A stretch of 64,000 nucleotides of DNA from an uncultured Candidatus Rokubacteria bacterium (lineage in GTDB: Bacteria > Methylomirabilota > Methylomirabilia > Rokubacteriales > CSP1-6): positions 192,765 to 256,764 of the forward strand of contig CAVWFS010000013.1 in the NCBI GenBank assembly GCA_963754315.1, in the 5' to 3' direction. The notes under the pieces were generated by a model. That model did no database searches and had not been told where the DNA came from. It saw only the letters and a list, made by a program, of their open reading frames with translations. Shown here one piece after another: positions 24,371-33,384 of this stretch. The translations under genes and the position numbers were made by a program. The stretch's first letter is position 1; each line of letters begins with the position of its first letter.

Positions 24371-25146
24371 CCGGGCGGCGCGCGACCTGGTTCCTGAGGC
24401 TCTACGGAGGAGCGGTCTACGTTTTTCTCTACACGCCGATCGCCATGCTCGTGCTCCTGTCCTTCAACAACAGCAACGCCATCACCCTGCCGTGGGGCGG
24501 ATTCACCCTGCGCTGGTATCGGGCGCTCGCCGAGAACCAGTCGCTGTTCGTCTCCCTGAAGAACAGCCTCACCCTCGGCCTCACCACCGCCGTGCTCGCG
24601 ACCGTCATCGGTGCCCTCGCGGCGTTCGCCTTTCGCCATCGCTTCCGCGGTCAGGTCGGCGTCATGCGGATGCTGCTCCTGCCGTTCGTGATCCCGGGCC
24701 TGACCATCGGGGTGGCCCTTCTCCTCCTGTTCCATGCCCTCGGCGTGCGGCCGGGACTCCTCACGACGACCCTGGTGGCCCACGTTGGCTTCACCCTGCC
24801 CTACGTGTTCGTCCTCATCTCGACGCGGCTGCATCGATTCGACGAGTCACTCGAGGAAGCGGCCATGGACCTCGGGGCCGACGAGCTCGCCACGTTCTGG
24901 CACGTGACCTTCCCGTTGATCCGACCGGGAATCATCGGGAGCGCGCTCTTCGCCTTCACCTTGTCGTTCGACGAGTTCATCCGGACGTTGTTCACGATCG
25001 GCAACGACAACACCCTGCCGATCCAGATCTGGTCGATGCTGGGCTCGATGGTGAGCCCGGAGCTGAACGCCATCGCCACCCTCATCGTCGCGGCCTCCAT
25101 CGCCCTCGTCGTGCTCGGCGAGGTGTTTCGAGGCCGCGAGCGCTGA
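24367..25146 (+). CDS. PotC-type ABC permease
   Basis: FLYTPI, LEEAAMDLGA, FTLSFDEF. Confidence 0.9.
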   Translation: MTGRRATWFLRLYGGAVYVFLYTPIAMLVLLSFNNSNAITLPWGGFTLRWYRALAENQSLFVSLKNSLTLGLTTAVLATVIGALAAFAFRHRFRGQVGVMRMLLLPFVIPGLTIGVALLLLFHALGVRPGLLTTTLVAHVGFTLPYVFVLISTRLHRFDESLEEAAMDLGADELATFWHVTFPLIRPGIIGSALFAFTLSFDEFIRTLFTIGNDNTLPIQIWSMLGSMVSPELNAIATLIVAASIALVVLGEVFRGRER

Positions 25147-25165
25147 CCGCGAGGAGGAACCCCCA

Positions 25166-26278
25166 ATGCCGACTCGGGACGGGAATCAGACGCGGCGAGG
25201 CTTCATGGGAACCGTCGGGCGAGGCGGGCTTGCCGCCTCCCTCATGGGCGGCGGCGTGCTCGGGCCGTGGGGCGCCGCCAACGTGGCCGCCCAGGCCCTC
25301 CCGGGGCCGCTCCGCATCCACGGCAACCCCGTCGCCACCCGCGACAAGGACATGAAGGTGTTCAAGGACCAGGCCAAGGTGGATCTGCAGATCCAGCTCT
25401 CGGTGACCCACACCGAGACGGTGACCCGGATCTACTCGGGCGCCACGAAGCAGTTCGACCTGTTCACCCTCCAGCATCCGTTCATCAAGAAGCTGGCGCG
25501 GGACCGCATGATCCTGCCCATCGACGAGAGCAAGATCCCGAACATCGACAACCTCTACGACCACGTGCGCCGGCCCGACTGGGGCATGCACGAGGGCCGT
25601 CTCTACGCCGTCAACTATCTCTGGGGCTACGACTCGGTGGTCTACAACCAGAAGCACATCCCGACCGTCGATAGCTGGGGCGTGCTCTTCGAGGACACGT
25701 ACCGCGGGCGTGTGGCCTGGCGCGACGACCCGCTCCAGATGATCCTGACCGCCGCCCTGTACATGCAGAAGTTCCGCGACCCCAACAATCTCTCGGAGGC
25801 GGACCTCGTCGAGGTGAAGAAGTTCCTGATTTCGCGGAAGAAGAACATCCGCACGATGTGGACCACGTACGCGGAGGCGGTCAACCTCCTGCGCAGCGAG
25901 GAGGTGCACGCGCTGTGGGGGTGGCTGCCGATGGCGACGTCGCTGCGGAAGGAGGGCATGGCGACCGCCTACGCGCTCCCCAAGGAAAAGCCCATCATGT
26001 GGTTCACAAACTACATCGTCTCCAAGGACAGCCCGGTCCAGCCGACGGTGTGGGCCTTCCTGAACTATTGTCTGGGCGACCAGTTCACGATGTCGCTGAC
26101 GAACGACTTCGACTACCGCATGGGCTCGAGCCGGCAGCTCAAGCTGTTGCCGCCGGAGCGGATCAAGCAGATCGGCCTCGACAACATCCCCGAGCTCGTG
26201 CGGAGCAGCTTCACGTACCTGCTGCCCGACCGTCTCGACAAATACGTCGAGGCCTGGGCCGAGGTGAAGGCGGCGTGA
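25166..26278 (+). CDS. PotD-like substrate-binding protein 1 (Tat)
   Basis: TRRGFM Tat motif; IDESKIPN, WGYDSVVYN. Confidence 0.85.
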   Translation: MPTRDGNQTRRGFMGTVGRGGLAASLMGGGVLGPWGAANVAAQALPGPLRIHGNPVATRDKDMKVFKDQAKVDLQIQLSVTHTETVTRIYSGATKQFDLFTLQHPFIKKLARDRMILPIDESKIPNIDNLYDHVRRPDWGMHEGRLYAVNYLWGYDSVVYNQKHIPTVDSWGVLFEDTYRGRVAWRDDPLQMILTAALYMQKFRDPNNLSEADLVEVKKFLISRKKNIRTMWTTYAEAVNLLRSEEVHALWGWLPMATSLRKEGMATAYALPKEKPIMWFTNYIVSKDSPVQPTVWAFLNYCLGDQFTMSLTNDFDYRMGSSRQLKLLPPERIKQIGLDNIPELVRSSFTYLLPDRLDKYVEAWAEVKAA

Positions 26279-26307
26279 CCCCGATTCGTCGAGAAAGGAG
26301 TCTATCG

Positions 26308-27381
26308 ATGGCATCCCCAATGACACGGCGTGAGTTCCTGGCGGTGACGGGTGGCGCGGCGGCGCTCGCGCCGTTCATGGACGGTCCCGCCTTCGCAGCC
26401 CCCACGGGACCGCTGCGGCTCTTCACGGTCGCGGTGGCCGGACGGGACCAGGAGATCAACGAGGCCAGGAAGGACCTCGGCCTCGACATCAAGGTCACGT
26501 TCAACGTGGCCCACACCGAGACGTTCGCCAAGCTGAACGCGGGCGTGCTCTCCCCCCAGCAGGACCTTCTCCACATCCAGCAGCCGTTCGTGCGGCCACT
26601 CGCGCAGCGGAAATGGATCCAGCCCATCGACCCCGCGCAGCTCAAGAACCACGGCCGGATGCTCGAGCAGTTCAAGAATCCGGAATGGGCGCAGCTCGAC
26701 GGCAAGCTCTACGCCGTGCCCTACTTCTGGGGTTACGACTCGATCGTCTACAACGCCAAGCACATGCCGGACGGCGGGGAAACGTGGGGTCGGCTGTGGG
26801 ACGACCGCTACAAGGGACGCCTCTCGCTGCGCGACGACGCCCTCTCGAGCTTCCAGCCGGTGGCGCTCTTCCTCGGCCACAATCCCAACCGGATGACCAA
26901 GGCGCAGCTCGACGACTGCAAGAAGTTCCTCATCTCCAAGAAGCGCCACTTCCGCCAGCTGTGGGGCACCTATGCGGAAGCGGTGAACCTGCTCCGCAGC
27001 GAGGAGGTGTGGGCGCTATGGGGCTGGCTCCCGATGGTGACCTCACTGCGCAAGGACGGGATGGACATCCGCTACGGCCTGCCCAAGGAACGCGCCATCG
27101 CCTGGTTCTCGAACTACGTCATCTCCAAAGACACCAAGGTGCTTCCCGCCTGCTATGCCTACATCGACTGGGTGCTCGACGAGAAGTTCGCGACCGCGAT
27201 GGCCAAGGACTTCGGCTACCGCATGACCACCACCGCGCACATGAAGAACCTCACGCCGGCCGAGATCAAGGACATGCAGCTCGACGACGTCCAGGGCCTC
27301 ATCAACAAGCTCTTCATCCAGGAGCTACCCGAGAACCTCAACGAATGGGTCCAGGCCTGGAGCGAGTTCAAGAGCGCGTAG
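26308..27381 (+). CDS. PotD-like substrate-binding protein 2 (Tat)
   Basis: RBS AAAGGAG; TRREFL Tat motif; clear paralog of the previous gene. Confidence 0.85.
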   Translation: MASPMTRREFLAVTGGAAALAPFMDGPAFAAPTGPLRLFTVAVAGRDQEINEARKDLGLDIKVTFNVAHTETFAKLNAGVLSPQQDLLHIQQPFVRPLAQRKWIQPIDPAQLKNHGRMLEQFKNPEWAQLDGKLYAVPYFWGYDSIVYNAKHMPDGGETWGRLWDDRYKGRLSLRDDALSSFQPVALFLGHNPNRMTKAQLDDCKKFLISKKRHFRQLWGTYAEAVNLLRSEEVWALWGWLPMVTSLRKDGMDIRYGLPKERAIAWFSNYVISKDTKVLPACYAYIDWVLDEKFATAMAKDFGYRMTTTAHMKNLTPAEIKDMQLDDVQGLINKLFIQELPENLNEWVQAWSEFKSA

Positions 27382-27526
27382 GCCCGACGGTTACGCCTTG
27401 CAGGCTCACAATCACGAGCACCTCGCCGTCTCGAGGGCCTCCAGGGTCTGCCGGACTGGCGGATGGAATTCCTTTCCATAAGCAGTCCTCAACTCCTGGC
27501 ACGCCGCGCCGCCCCGATCATGGTCA

Positions 27527-28231
27527 TCACACCGACTTCCGGCGCACGCGGTCGGACTCAGGGCCGCCCCACAGCTTGTCGTCGGCCGCCACCGCGTCGC
27601 GCCTCTCGTCCGCGGCCACCGCGCGCATGACTTCCCCCGCCATCTCCTCATACCAGCGGGCCACTTCCTCCGGATAGTCCGCGTAGCTCCCCAGCTCCTT
27701 GAGGATGGGCCCCTCGACGGTGGGAATGTCGTGCTCGCCGTCGAACTCCCGCGCGTAGGGCCGTCCCTTGGCGCGGGCAAAGGCACCGTGGATGGTGGCG
27801 TCCAGGCGCAGCCACTTGCCGTCGAGGTACGCCTCGCCCAGCGAGTGCCAGGGTAGCTTGCGATCGCCCCAGAGCTGGCGCACCTCCTCGGACATGAAGG
27901 GCTTGTCGGGGCAGTCGAGCTGCTGGAAGCCGATGCGGGCTGGAATGCCCGCCGCCCGGCAGAGAGCCGCGAAGGAGCTCGCCTTGCCCATGCAGAAGGC
28001 GTGGCCCGCGCGCACGACGTCGCTCGCCTTGCGCTTGCCCTCCGCGAGATCGCGGAAGGCGGCCAGGATGTCGTAGGGCATCTCTCGCACGAAGTAGTAG
28101 ATGCGCTCGAGCTTCTCCTTGTCGGAGGTGCAGCCCCGGACGAGCTCGCGCGCCTTGGCCACGATGTCGGGGCTGTCGGAGTCGATGTAGGCGGTCGGCT
28201 TCAGGAACTCGTCGAGCTTCTCGTCACTCAC
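27527..28231 (-). CDS. Transglutaminase-like domain protein
   Basis: AFCMGKA...CRAAGIPAR (Cys), PWH, WLRLDAT triad motifs. Confidence 0.85.
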   Translation of the reverse strand: MSDEKLDEFLKPTAYIDSDSPDIVAKARELVRGCTSDKEKLERIYYFVREMPYDILAAFRDLAEGKRKASDVVRAGHAFCMGKASSFAALCRAAGIPARIGFQQLDCPDKPFMSEEVRQLWGDRKLPWHSLGEAYLDGKWLRLDATIHGAFARAKGRPYAREFDGEHDIPTVEGPILKELGSYADYPEEVARWYEEMAGEVMRAVAADERRDAVAADDKLWGGPESDRVRRKSV

Positions 28232-28264
28232 GGGCCTCTCCTTTGCGACGTACCGTCAGGTGGT

Positions 28265-29278
28265 TCAGCGCCGGGCCAGCTCGTCCCGCAGGGCGGGCAG
28301 GACCTCGCGGCCGGCCAGCTCGAGCGAGCGGCTCGCCGCCACGTCGGGAATGGTGAAGAGGAAATGGCGAACGCCCCCCTCGATGTACTGCCGGATGCGG
28401 GCGATGCACTGCGCGGGGGTGCCCGCGATGTGCCCGGTGGCCGGAATGGCGCCGAACCGCGCCCGCACCGCCTCCACGCGCGACGTATCGTGGTCGACGA
28501 TGAGGAGGGCGGTCACCGAGCGCTGCAGGGCGCCGGGATCACGACCGAACTCGCGGCAGGCTTTCTCGAGGAAAGCCGCCCGCGCGGCGATGCGCTCTGG
28601 CGCCCACCACCGCACGTTCACGCCGTCCGCGGCCCGCGCGGCCACCCGGTGCACCTTGTCGCCCTCGCCACCGATCCAGAGGGGCGGATGCGGCCGCTGG
28701 AGGGGCGGCGGATCGCAGAAGGCGTCCTCGATGCTGTAGTGCCGGCCCCTGAAGGTCGGATTGGGCTCAGTCCACATGCGCCGGATGACCTCGATACCCT
28801 CGTCGAGCTGCGCGATGCGCTCGCTGATGGGAGGAAACGGGATGCCGTAGGCGCGGTACTCCTTCTCGAACCAGCCCGCCCCCAGCCCGAGCTCCAGCCG
28901 TCCCCCGCTGATGACGTCGAGTGTGGCCGCCATCTTGGCGAGGATGGATGGCAGGCGATAAGAGTTGCAGAGAACGCTGGTGCCCAGGCGCAGCCGCCGC
29001 GTGTCGCGCGCCAGGGCCGACAGGGTCGTCCAGCACTCGAGGAGCGGCATCGAGCGGGCCGCGTCCCCGGCCGAAGGTTTCCTCTCGCCGGCACGGATCC
29101 CTGCGTCCTCCACGTAGGCGTCAGGAGCGAGCGTCAGGAAATGGTCGCAGAGCCAGATCGAGTCGAATCCGAACTCCTCGGCGGCGGCCGCCACGCGTCG
29201 CATCTCGTCGTAGGAGGCGACGGCCAGTCCCCGGATGGTGAGGGCGAGGATGAGCCCGAAATGATGGGCGGGAGTCAT
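28265..29278 (-). CDS. LLM-class, probably F420-dependent, oxidoreductase
   Basis: WLCDHF, ECWTTLSALA, GRLELGLGAGW, PPLWIGG. Confidence 0.9.
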   Translation of the reverse strand: MTPAHHFGLILALTIRGLAVASYDEMRRVAAAAEEFGFDSIWLCDHFLTLAPDAYVEDAGIRAGERKPSAGDAARSMPLLECWTTLSALARDTRRLRLGTSVLCNSYRLPSILAKMAATLDVISGGRLELGLGAGWFEKEYRAYGIPFPPISERIAQLDEGIEVIRRMWTEPNPTFRGRHYSIEDAFCDPPPLQRPHPPLWIGGEGDKVHRVAARAADGVNVRWWAPERIAARAAFLEKACREFGRDPGALQRSVTALLIVDHDTSRVEAVRARFGAIPATGHIAGTPAQCIARIRQYIEGGVRHFLFTIPDVAASRSLELAGREVLPALRDELARR

Positions 29279-29288
29279 GGCGTCCGGC

Positions 29289-29780
29289 CTAGGCCGGGGC
29301 GATCGTTGTCACCGTTCCATTCGAACCCCGATACTTGAGCACGCCATCCTCGACGTACAAAATCCCTCCGCCAGCGGGATTGACCGATGGCGCGACGGAG
29401 GCATTAGCGATCGCGATCACCCCTTGCCCTCCCCCAAACTGGCTCGTTGTCCCGATTCCGATGTTGCCGCCCGCTGCTTTCCGCTGAAACACGACGAGAG
29501 TCTCGAAGGCAGTATCGCTCGCGTTGCGGCCATTGATCTGTAGCTTGTCAGATTGAACGGCAATCTCATACTTCCCCGCCGGAGCGGCCTGATCGGTCTC
29601 GATAAACTCGATGTCGGGATTAGGATCATCGATCCTGATCGAGGCCGCGCCCCCACGGCAACCTGCTTGCCTGATACGCAACGCGGGTTGGTTATACTCC
29701 GGGTTTGTCGCAGTCACCTCCAGAACCGCCGATGCAGAGTCAAGGGCGCCCTCATTCGATGTGATCGAAACTGTCGCCAT
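29289..29780 (-). CDS. Stand-alone phage tail-fibre/spike-like beta protein (163 aa)
   Basis: RBS GGAGG; GNIGIGT motif and a C-terminal GVIAIANA...NPAGGGILYVEDGVLKYRGSNGTVTTIAPA, recalled as typical of phage fibre/hyaluronidase-like C-termini; lower GC than the flanks. Confidence 0.55.
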   Translation of the reverse strand: MATVSITSNEGALDSASAVLEVTATNPEYNQPALRIRQAGCRGGAASIRIDDPNPDIEFIETDQAAPAGKYEIAVQSDKLQINGRNASDTAFETLVVFQRKAAGGNIGIGTTSQFGGGQGVIAIANASVAPSVNPAGGGILYVEDGVLKYRGSNGTVTTIAPA

Positions 29781-31432
29781 CGTATTCCTCCGGCAAGTCG
29801 ATGTGTCGTCCTGGAGACTACGGTGTGCGCTGCACTACGCCTGAGACGTCGACATGCCGATTTCTTTTCCTCAGGAGAGTCCGAATGCCTCTCACCGTTT
29901 TCTTCAAGCCGTGGATTGACCGACGGTCGAGTCAATTGCAACGTCTCTTGCTGGGCTAACTGTCGAAGCTGCTCCAGAAGTCTGACCAGGCTCCACGTGT
30001 CCTGGCCGCAATAGCGGCGTAAGTCGCCCCGGAGTCGTTCCCTCGCTTCTGGCTCCATTTCGCAACCCTGGAAGAGCAGCCGTTCCAGCTCGAGACTCGC
30101 CAGCCTGCCATCGGCGATGGCCAGCTCGTCATACCGCACGTCGGGCAGGAGCGCGGGAACCACGCTCTTCAGGCTGAAGCTCCCGCCAAACTCCGGATGG
30201 TAGACGTGCTGACGCACGACCGGCAGCAGGTCGACCAGGCGCGCCGCGATGCTCCGCAACGGCGTCGCCAAGGCTGGCAGTACCTCCGCCATCTGCTCCA
30301 GGCAGCGGCGCTCGAAGTCCGCATTGTAGGCGACGACGGTGCGCGCCGATTCGCAGGCCTTCACGAGTCGCTCGGCGAGCCGAGGCCGCGGATCCTCAGG
30401 CCCTTCGGCCAGCCACTCGTGGTGCGCGAGTCGTCCGTCAGCCTCCTGAACGTGGCAGCTGAACTGGACCGGCACCGCGTCATAGGGGTGGCACCCCTGC
30501 CACACCGGCACCGCAAGACCCACCGCCTCGAAATCGAGGAATGCGAGCGGCGGCGCGAAGCTCTCGAGCGCTTGCGCGAGCGTGGGCTCCACGACGATCC
30601 GGCCTTCCTGCACCGCCCGGCGCTGCCGGTGCTGGATCGGCCCGAGCGGCACGTCTTCGGGCAGGTCGTGGATCGTCTGATAGCCCTGCTCGTCAAGCTC
30701 CTGGGCCCGGCTTCGAATCGCGTAGAGGGTGCTCACGTGGTGGGGCGGAAGGGTCGGCCAGCAGCGGGCCATGAAGGGGCACTCGTAGGGCGACGTGCAA
30801 TGCGGCCCGATCGCCACCTCGGGGACCGGCCCCTGGAGAGCCTCGACCTGCTGGGCAAGCCACCGCGGCACGCTCGCCTCGGCGGCCCGCACCGCCTCCG
30901 TCACGTCGGCACGGACGAAGAGGTTCGAGAGGTCCGGATAGGTGCACTCGCGGTTGAGGTGCATCACCTCGGTGCCGGTGAGCTCGAGGCCGCTGCGTCG
31001 CAGGACGTGCGCCTGCACGGCCACGTCGGGAATGTGGTGCTCCTTCACCGACGCGCTCGACTTCACCTCGACGAGGCGAAACCCGCGGTCATCCCGCGCG
31101 AGGATATCCACCGCGACGAAGACGCCGTCCGCCCGGAAGGCGGCCTCGTACACCGCCGGCGCACCTTCGTCGATCGCCCGCCGGGTGAGGGCGATGCGCT
31201 CGGCGTAGGCGCCGTACGGGAGGTCGATGACGAGCCCGCCGGGCACATAGCCCCGGGCGATCTCGCCGACACGGGTGCCCCGATCCATTGCCGCCTGGGT
31301 CTGGTCATCCGCCTGCAGCTCGGGCGCGGTCGGCTCGTGCACCATCCACCACAGCAGCTTGTGGCACTGCAGCCCCGCCATGACCCGCGATTTCGAGAGG
31401 CCGACCGGGCGTGGGATCTCGATCGTGCTCAC
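29714..31432 (-). CDS. DUF2779-type protein: Cas4/RecB-like PD-(D/E)xK nuclease with four Cys plus a DEDDy/RNase H-like exonuclease domain
   Basis: LSKS...QCHK, VDIL...VEVKSS, DVAVQ, HCTSPYECPFMARC, FLDFE, YNADFE, SFSLK, YCGQD. The tail beyond about 29950 looks like non-homologous read-through. Confidence 0.85.
   Translation of the reverse strand: MSTIEIPRPVGLSKSRVMAGLQCHKLLWWMVHEPTAPELQADDQTQAAMDRGTRVGEIARGYVPGGLVIDLPYGAYAERIALTRRAIDEGAPAVYEAAFRADGVFVAVDILARDDRGFRLVEVKSSASVKEHHIPDVAVQAHVLRRSGLELTGTEVMHLNRECTYPDLSNLFVRADVTEAVRAAEASVPRWLAQQVEALQGPVPEVAIGPHCTSPYECPFMARCWPTLPPHHVSTLYAIRSRAQELDEQGYQTIHDLPEDVPLGPIQHRQRRAVQEGRIVVEPTLAQALESFAPPLAFLDFEAVGLAVPVWQGCHPYDAVPVQFSCHVQEADGRLAHHEWLAEGPEDPRPRLAERLVKACESARTVVAYNADFERRCLEQMAEVLPALATPLRSIAARLVDLLPVVRQHVYHPEFGGSFSLKSVVPALLPDVRYDELAIADGRLASLELERLLFQGCEMEPEARERLRGDLRRYCGQDTWSLVRLLEQLRQLAQQETLQLTRPSVNPRLEENGERHSDSPEEKKSACRRLRRSAAHTVVSRTTHRLAGGIRWRQFRSHRMRAPLTLHRRFWR
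29915..29936. promoter_or_regulatory. Palindromic operator-like site upstream of the tail-fibre-like gene
   Basis: ATTGAC-cgacggtcga-GTCAAT, containing GACCG-A-CGGTC. Confidence 0.4.
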
Positions 31433-32506
31433 CGCCGGCGTCCTCGCTCACGTGCGGGGGCAACGCCCTGGCCATAGATCATCGCGGCACCCTGAAGCAC
31501 CGACGCGATCTCGCGACGCAGCGCCGCGGGCCTCACCACCTCCGCCGCGTCCCCCCAGCCCAGGATCCACCGCCGGATCTCGAACCACCCGCCCGCCCGG
31601 AAGCGGAGCTCCACGCCCCCGCCCTTCAGCTCGCGCAGGGTCTGCGTCGGGTGCCACTCCCGCTCCCGCACGTACCGCGCCTGGTCCGCCCGGAAGCGCA
31701 CGATGACCGTCATCGGCTTCTCCCAGGACACGCCGAAGGCCTCCTCCTCGTACCGCTTGAGGTCGATGGCCGGGTCCACCTCGAACGTCTCGGCCGTCAC
31801 CTCGAGGCTCCGGATCCGCTCCACCGCGAGCACCGTGGGATTGCGGTACGCGGGCACCTTGCCGACACAGTAGAAGCCGCCGTGCACGGAGATGACCCGG
31901 TACGGGTCGTACGGGAAGCGACGGGGCCGGCTCCGTCCGATGCGCCTGGTACTCGACCCGGCAGCGGTACTGGCCGGTGATCGCCTGCACGAGGGATGGC
32001 AGCGTGGCCTCGATCGCGGTCGGATCCTTGACCCCTCGCTCCCACCCTCCGACGGCGGCCTCCAGCGCCACGGCCGCCTGACCATCGCGGGCCGCCGACA
32101 TGGCCTGCAGCTTCGGGAGCGCGGTCGCCAAGGTCGCCCCGAACGGTTGCCTCCCCGCCCCGCGCTTGATCGCCCAGGCCAGCGCCAGGATCTCGCGCCG
32201 CGTGAGCGGCACCGGGGCCAGCGACATTCGATAGGTCGGGTCGAGGCGCGGTCGGCTCAGGTGGCCGCTCTCGTCACCCACGATCGGGATCCCGACATCT
32301 TGGAGCGCGCGCAGGTCCCGGTAGATCGTCTCCCGCCGCGTCCTGAAGCGCGCGGCAAGCTGGTACACCGTCAGGCGGGCGTCCTGAAGCAGCAAGGTCA
32401 GGATGCTGATGAGGCGGACGACCTGCCGGTCCCGGCGCGCGTGGGCCGTCACGCGGCGCCCGCGGGCCCGCGGCCGGTCCGCCGCGCGGCGAGACGCGGA
32501 CGCCAC
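31429..32506 (-). CDS. HTH-WYL-WCX transcriptional regulator (frameshift near 31943)
   Basis: LAARFRTRRETIYRDLRAL HTH; PYRV...GGFYCVG...LAVERI WYL core; REWHPTQ...RWILGWGDAAEVVRP WCX; GTGA overlap with the DUF2779 start. Confidence 0.9.
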
Positions 32507-32509
32507 GGG

Positions 32510-32771
32510 CTAGCGCGAAGGCTTCCCGAACGTGTCTTGCCGCGGTGCTGGCGGCGCGAAGCGCGTGTCCCGGGGACTGCTGATCGTGCCGTAGCCGAGG
32601 CGGCGCGAGCGCGCGTCGTAAAAGTCAACGCGCCCCTGGCGCTCGTTGATGATGACGTAGCCTTCCCGGCGCGAGTGCTTGTCATAGAGATCGATGCGCT
32701 GCTGCTGCGGCCAGGGCCGGCGGGGCCAGCGTGCCGAGCAGGGCCAGCGCGAAGAGTGCGAGCTTCACCAT
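32510..32771 (-). CDS. Small exported protein with an internal repeat (frameshift near 32708; missed by the ORF track)
   Basis: RBS AGAAGGAGG; MVKLALFALALLGTLAPPALA then QQQRIDLYDKHSRREGYVIINERQGRVDFYDARSRRLGYG...; the stop lies 3 nt before the WYL start. Confidence 0.7.
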
Positions 32772-32923
32772 GGTGTGTGCCTCCTTCTGAGGATCCTCGT
32801 TGTCCAGACTCGACGATAGGGCACGGGCCGGGCTCCTGCAAGCCGCCCGTCAAGTCCCGTGGCGTTAGCTGCAACAGGCCTCCGGTAGGCTGGGTTCACA
32901 CATCGCACACAAGGAGGCCACCC

Positions 32924-33268
32924 ATGCTGGTTCGATTGCGGTCCGTCCGTCGACTCTCCAAGGAGCAGTTCCGGCTCGCCCTCGATCTGGTCGATCTCGA
33001 GCGCGGCGACTGGGGCCGGGCGACTGCATCGGCCAGGTCACCGTGCTCGACGGGCCGCGCCGCCACACCGTGCAGGGACGCGGGGCCCGGGCCGGCGATC
33101 GACCTCTATCAACTGTGCCGGAACGAGCCGCCGGAGGGCACGGAGGCTCGCCTCCTGTGGGACATGGGGCGGGCCGTCTGCGGCTACCTCGATCGCCTCT
33201 TCGCGGCGGGCGTCTTCTGTCCTTTCGAGGCAGGCGCGCCCGAAGACGCCGAGCAGAAGGCCGACTGA
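32924..33268 (+). CDS. Hypothetical protein divergent from the WYL operon
   Basis: RBS AAGGAGG; MLVRLRSVRRLSKEQF...LLWDMGRAVCGYLDRLF; possibly compensating indels around 33015-33055. Confidence 0.65.
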   Translation: MLVRLRSVRRLSKEQFRLALDLVDLERGDWGRATASARSPCSTGRAATPCRDAGPGPAIDLYQLCRNEPPEGTEARLLWDMGRAVCGYLDRLFAAGVFCPFEAGAPEDAEQKAD

Positions 33269-33384
33269 GCGCTCCGGGTCACGTACGCATCGTTCACGGA
33301 GCAGGGACTCCTCGCCGTGAGAAAGGAGAGAAAGGACAAGCGATCACTCACGAACGTCATCAACGCACGCCGAAAGGAGAACCA

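Noticed and set aside
29714..31432. Calling the nuclease cas4 of a CRISPR locus
   Set aside because: No cas1, cas2 or array is present, and the extra exonuclease domain fits DUF2779.
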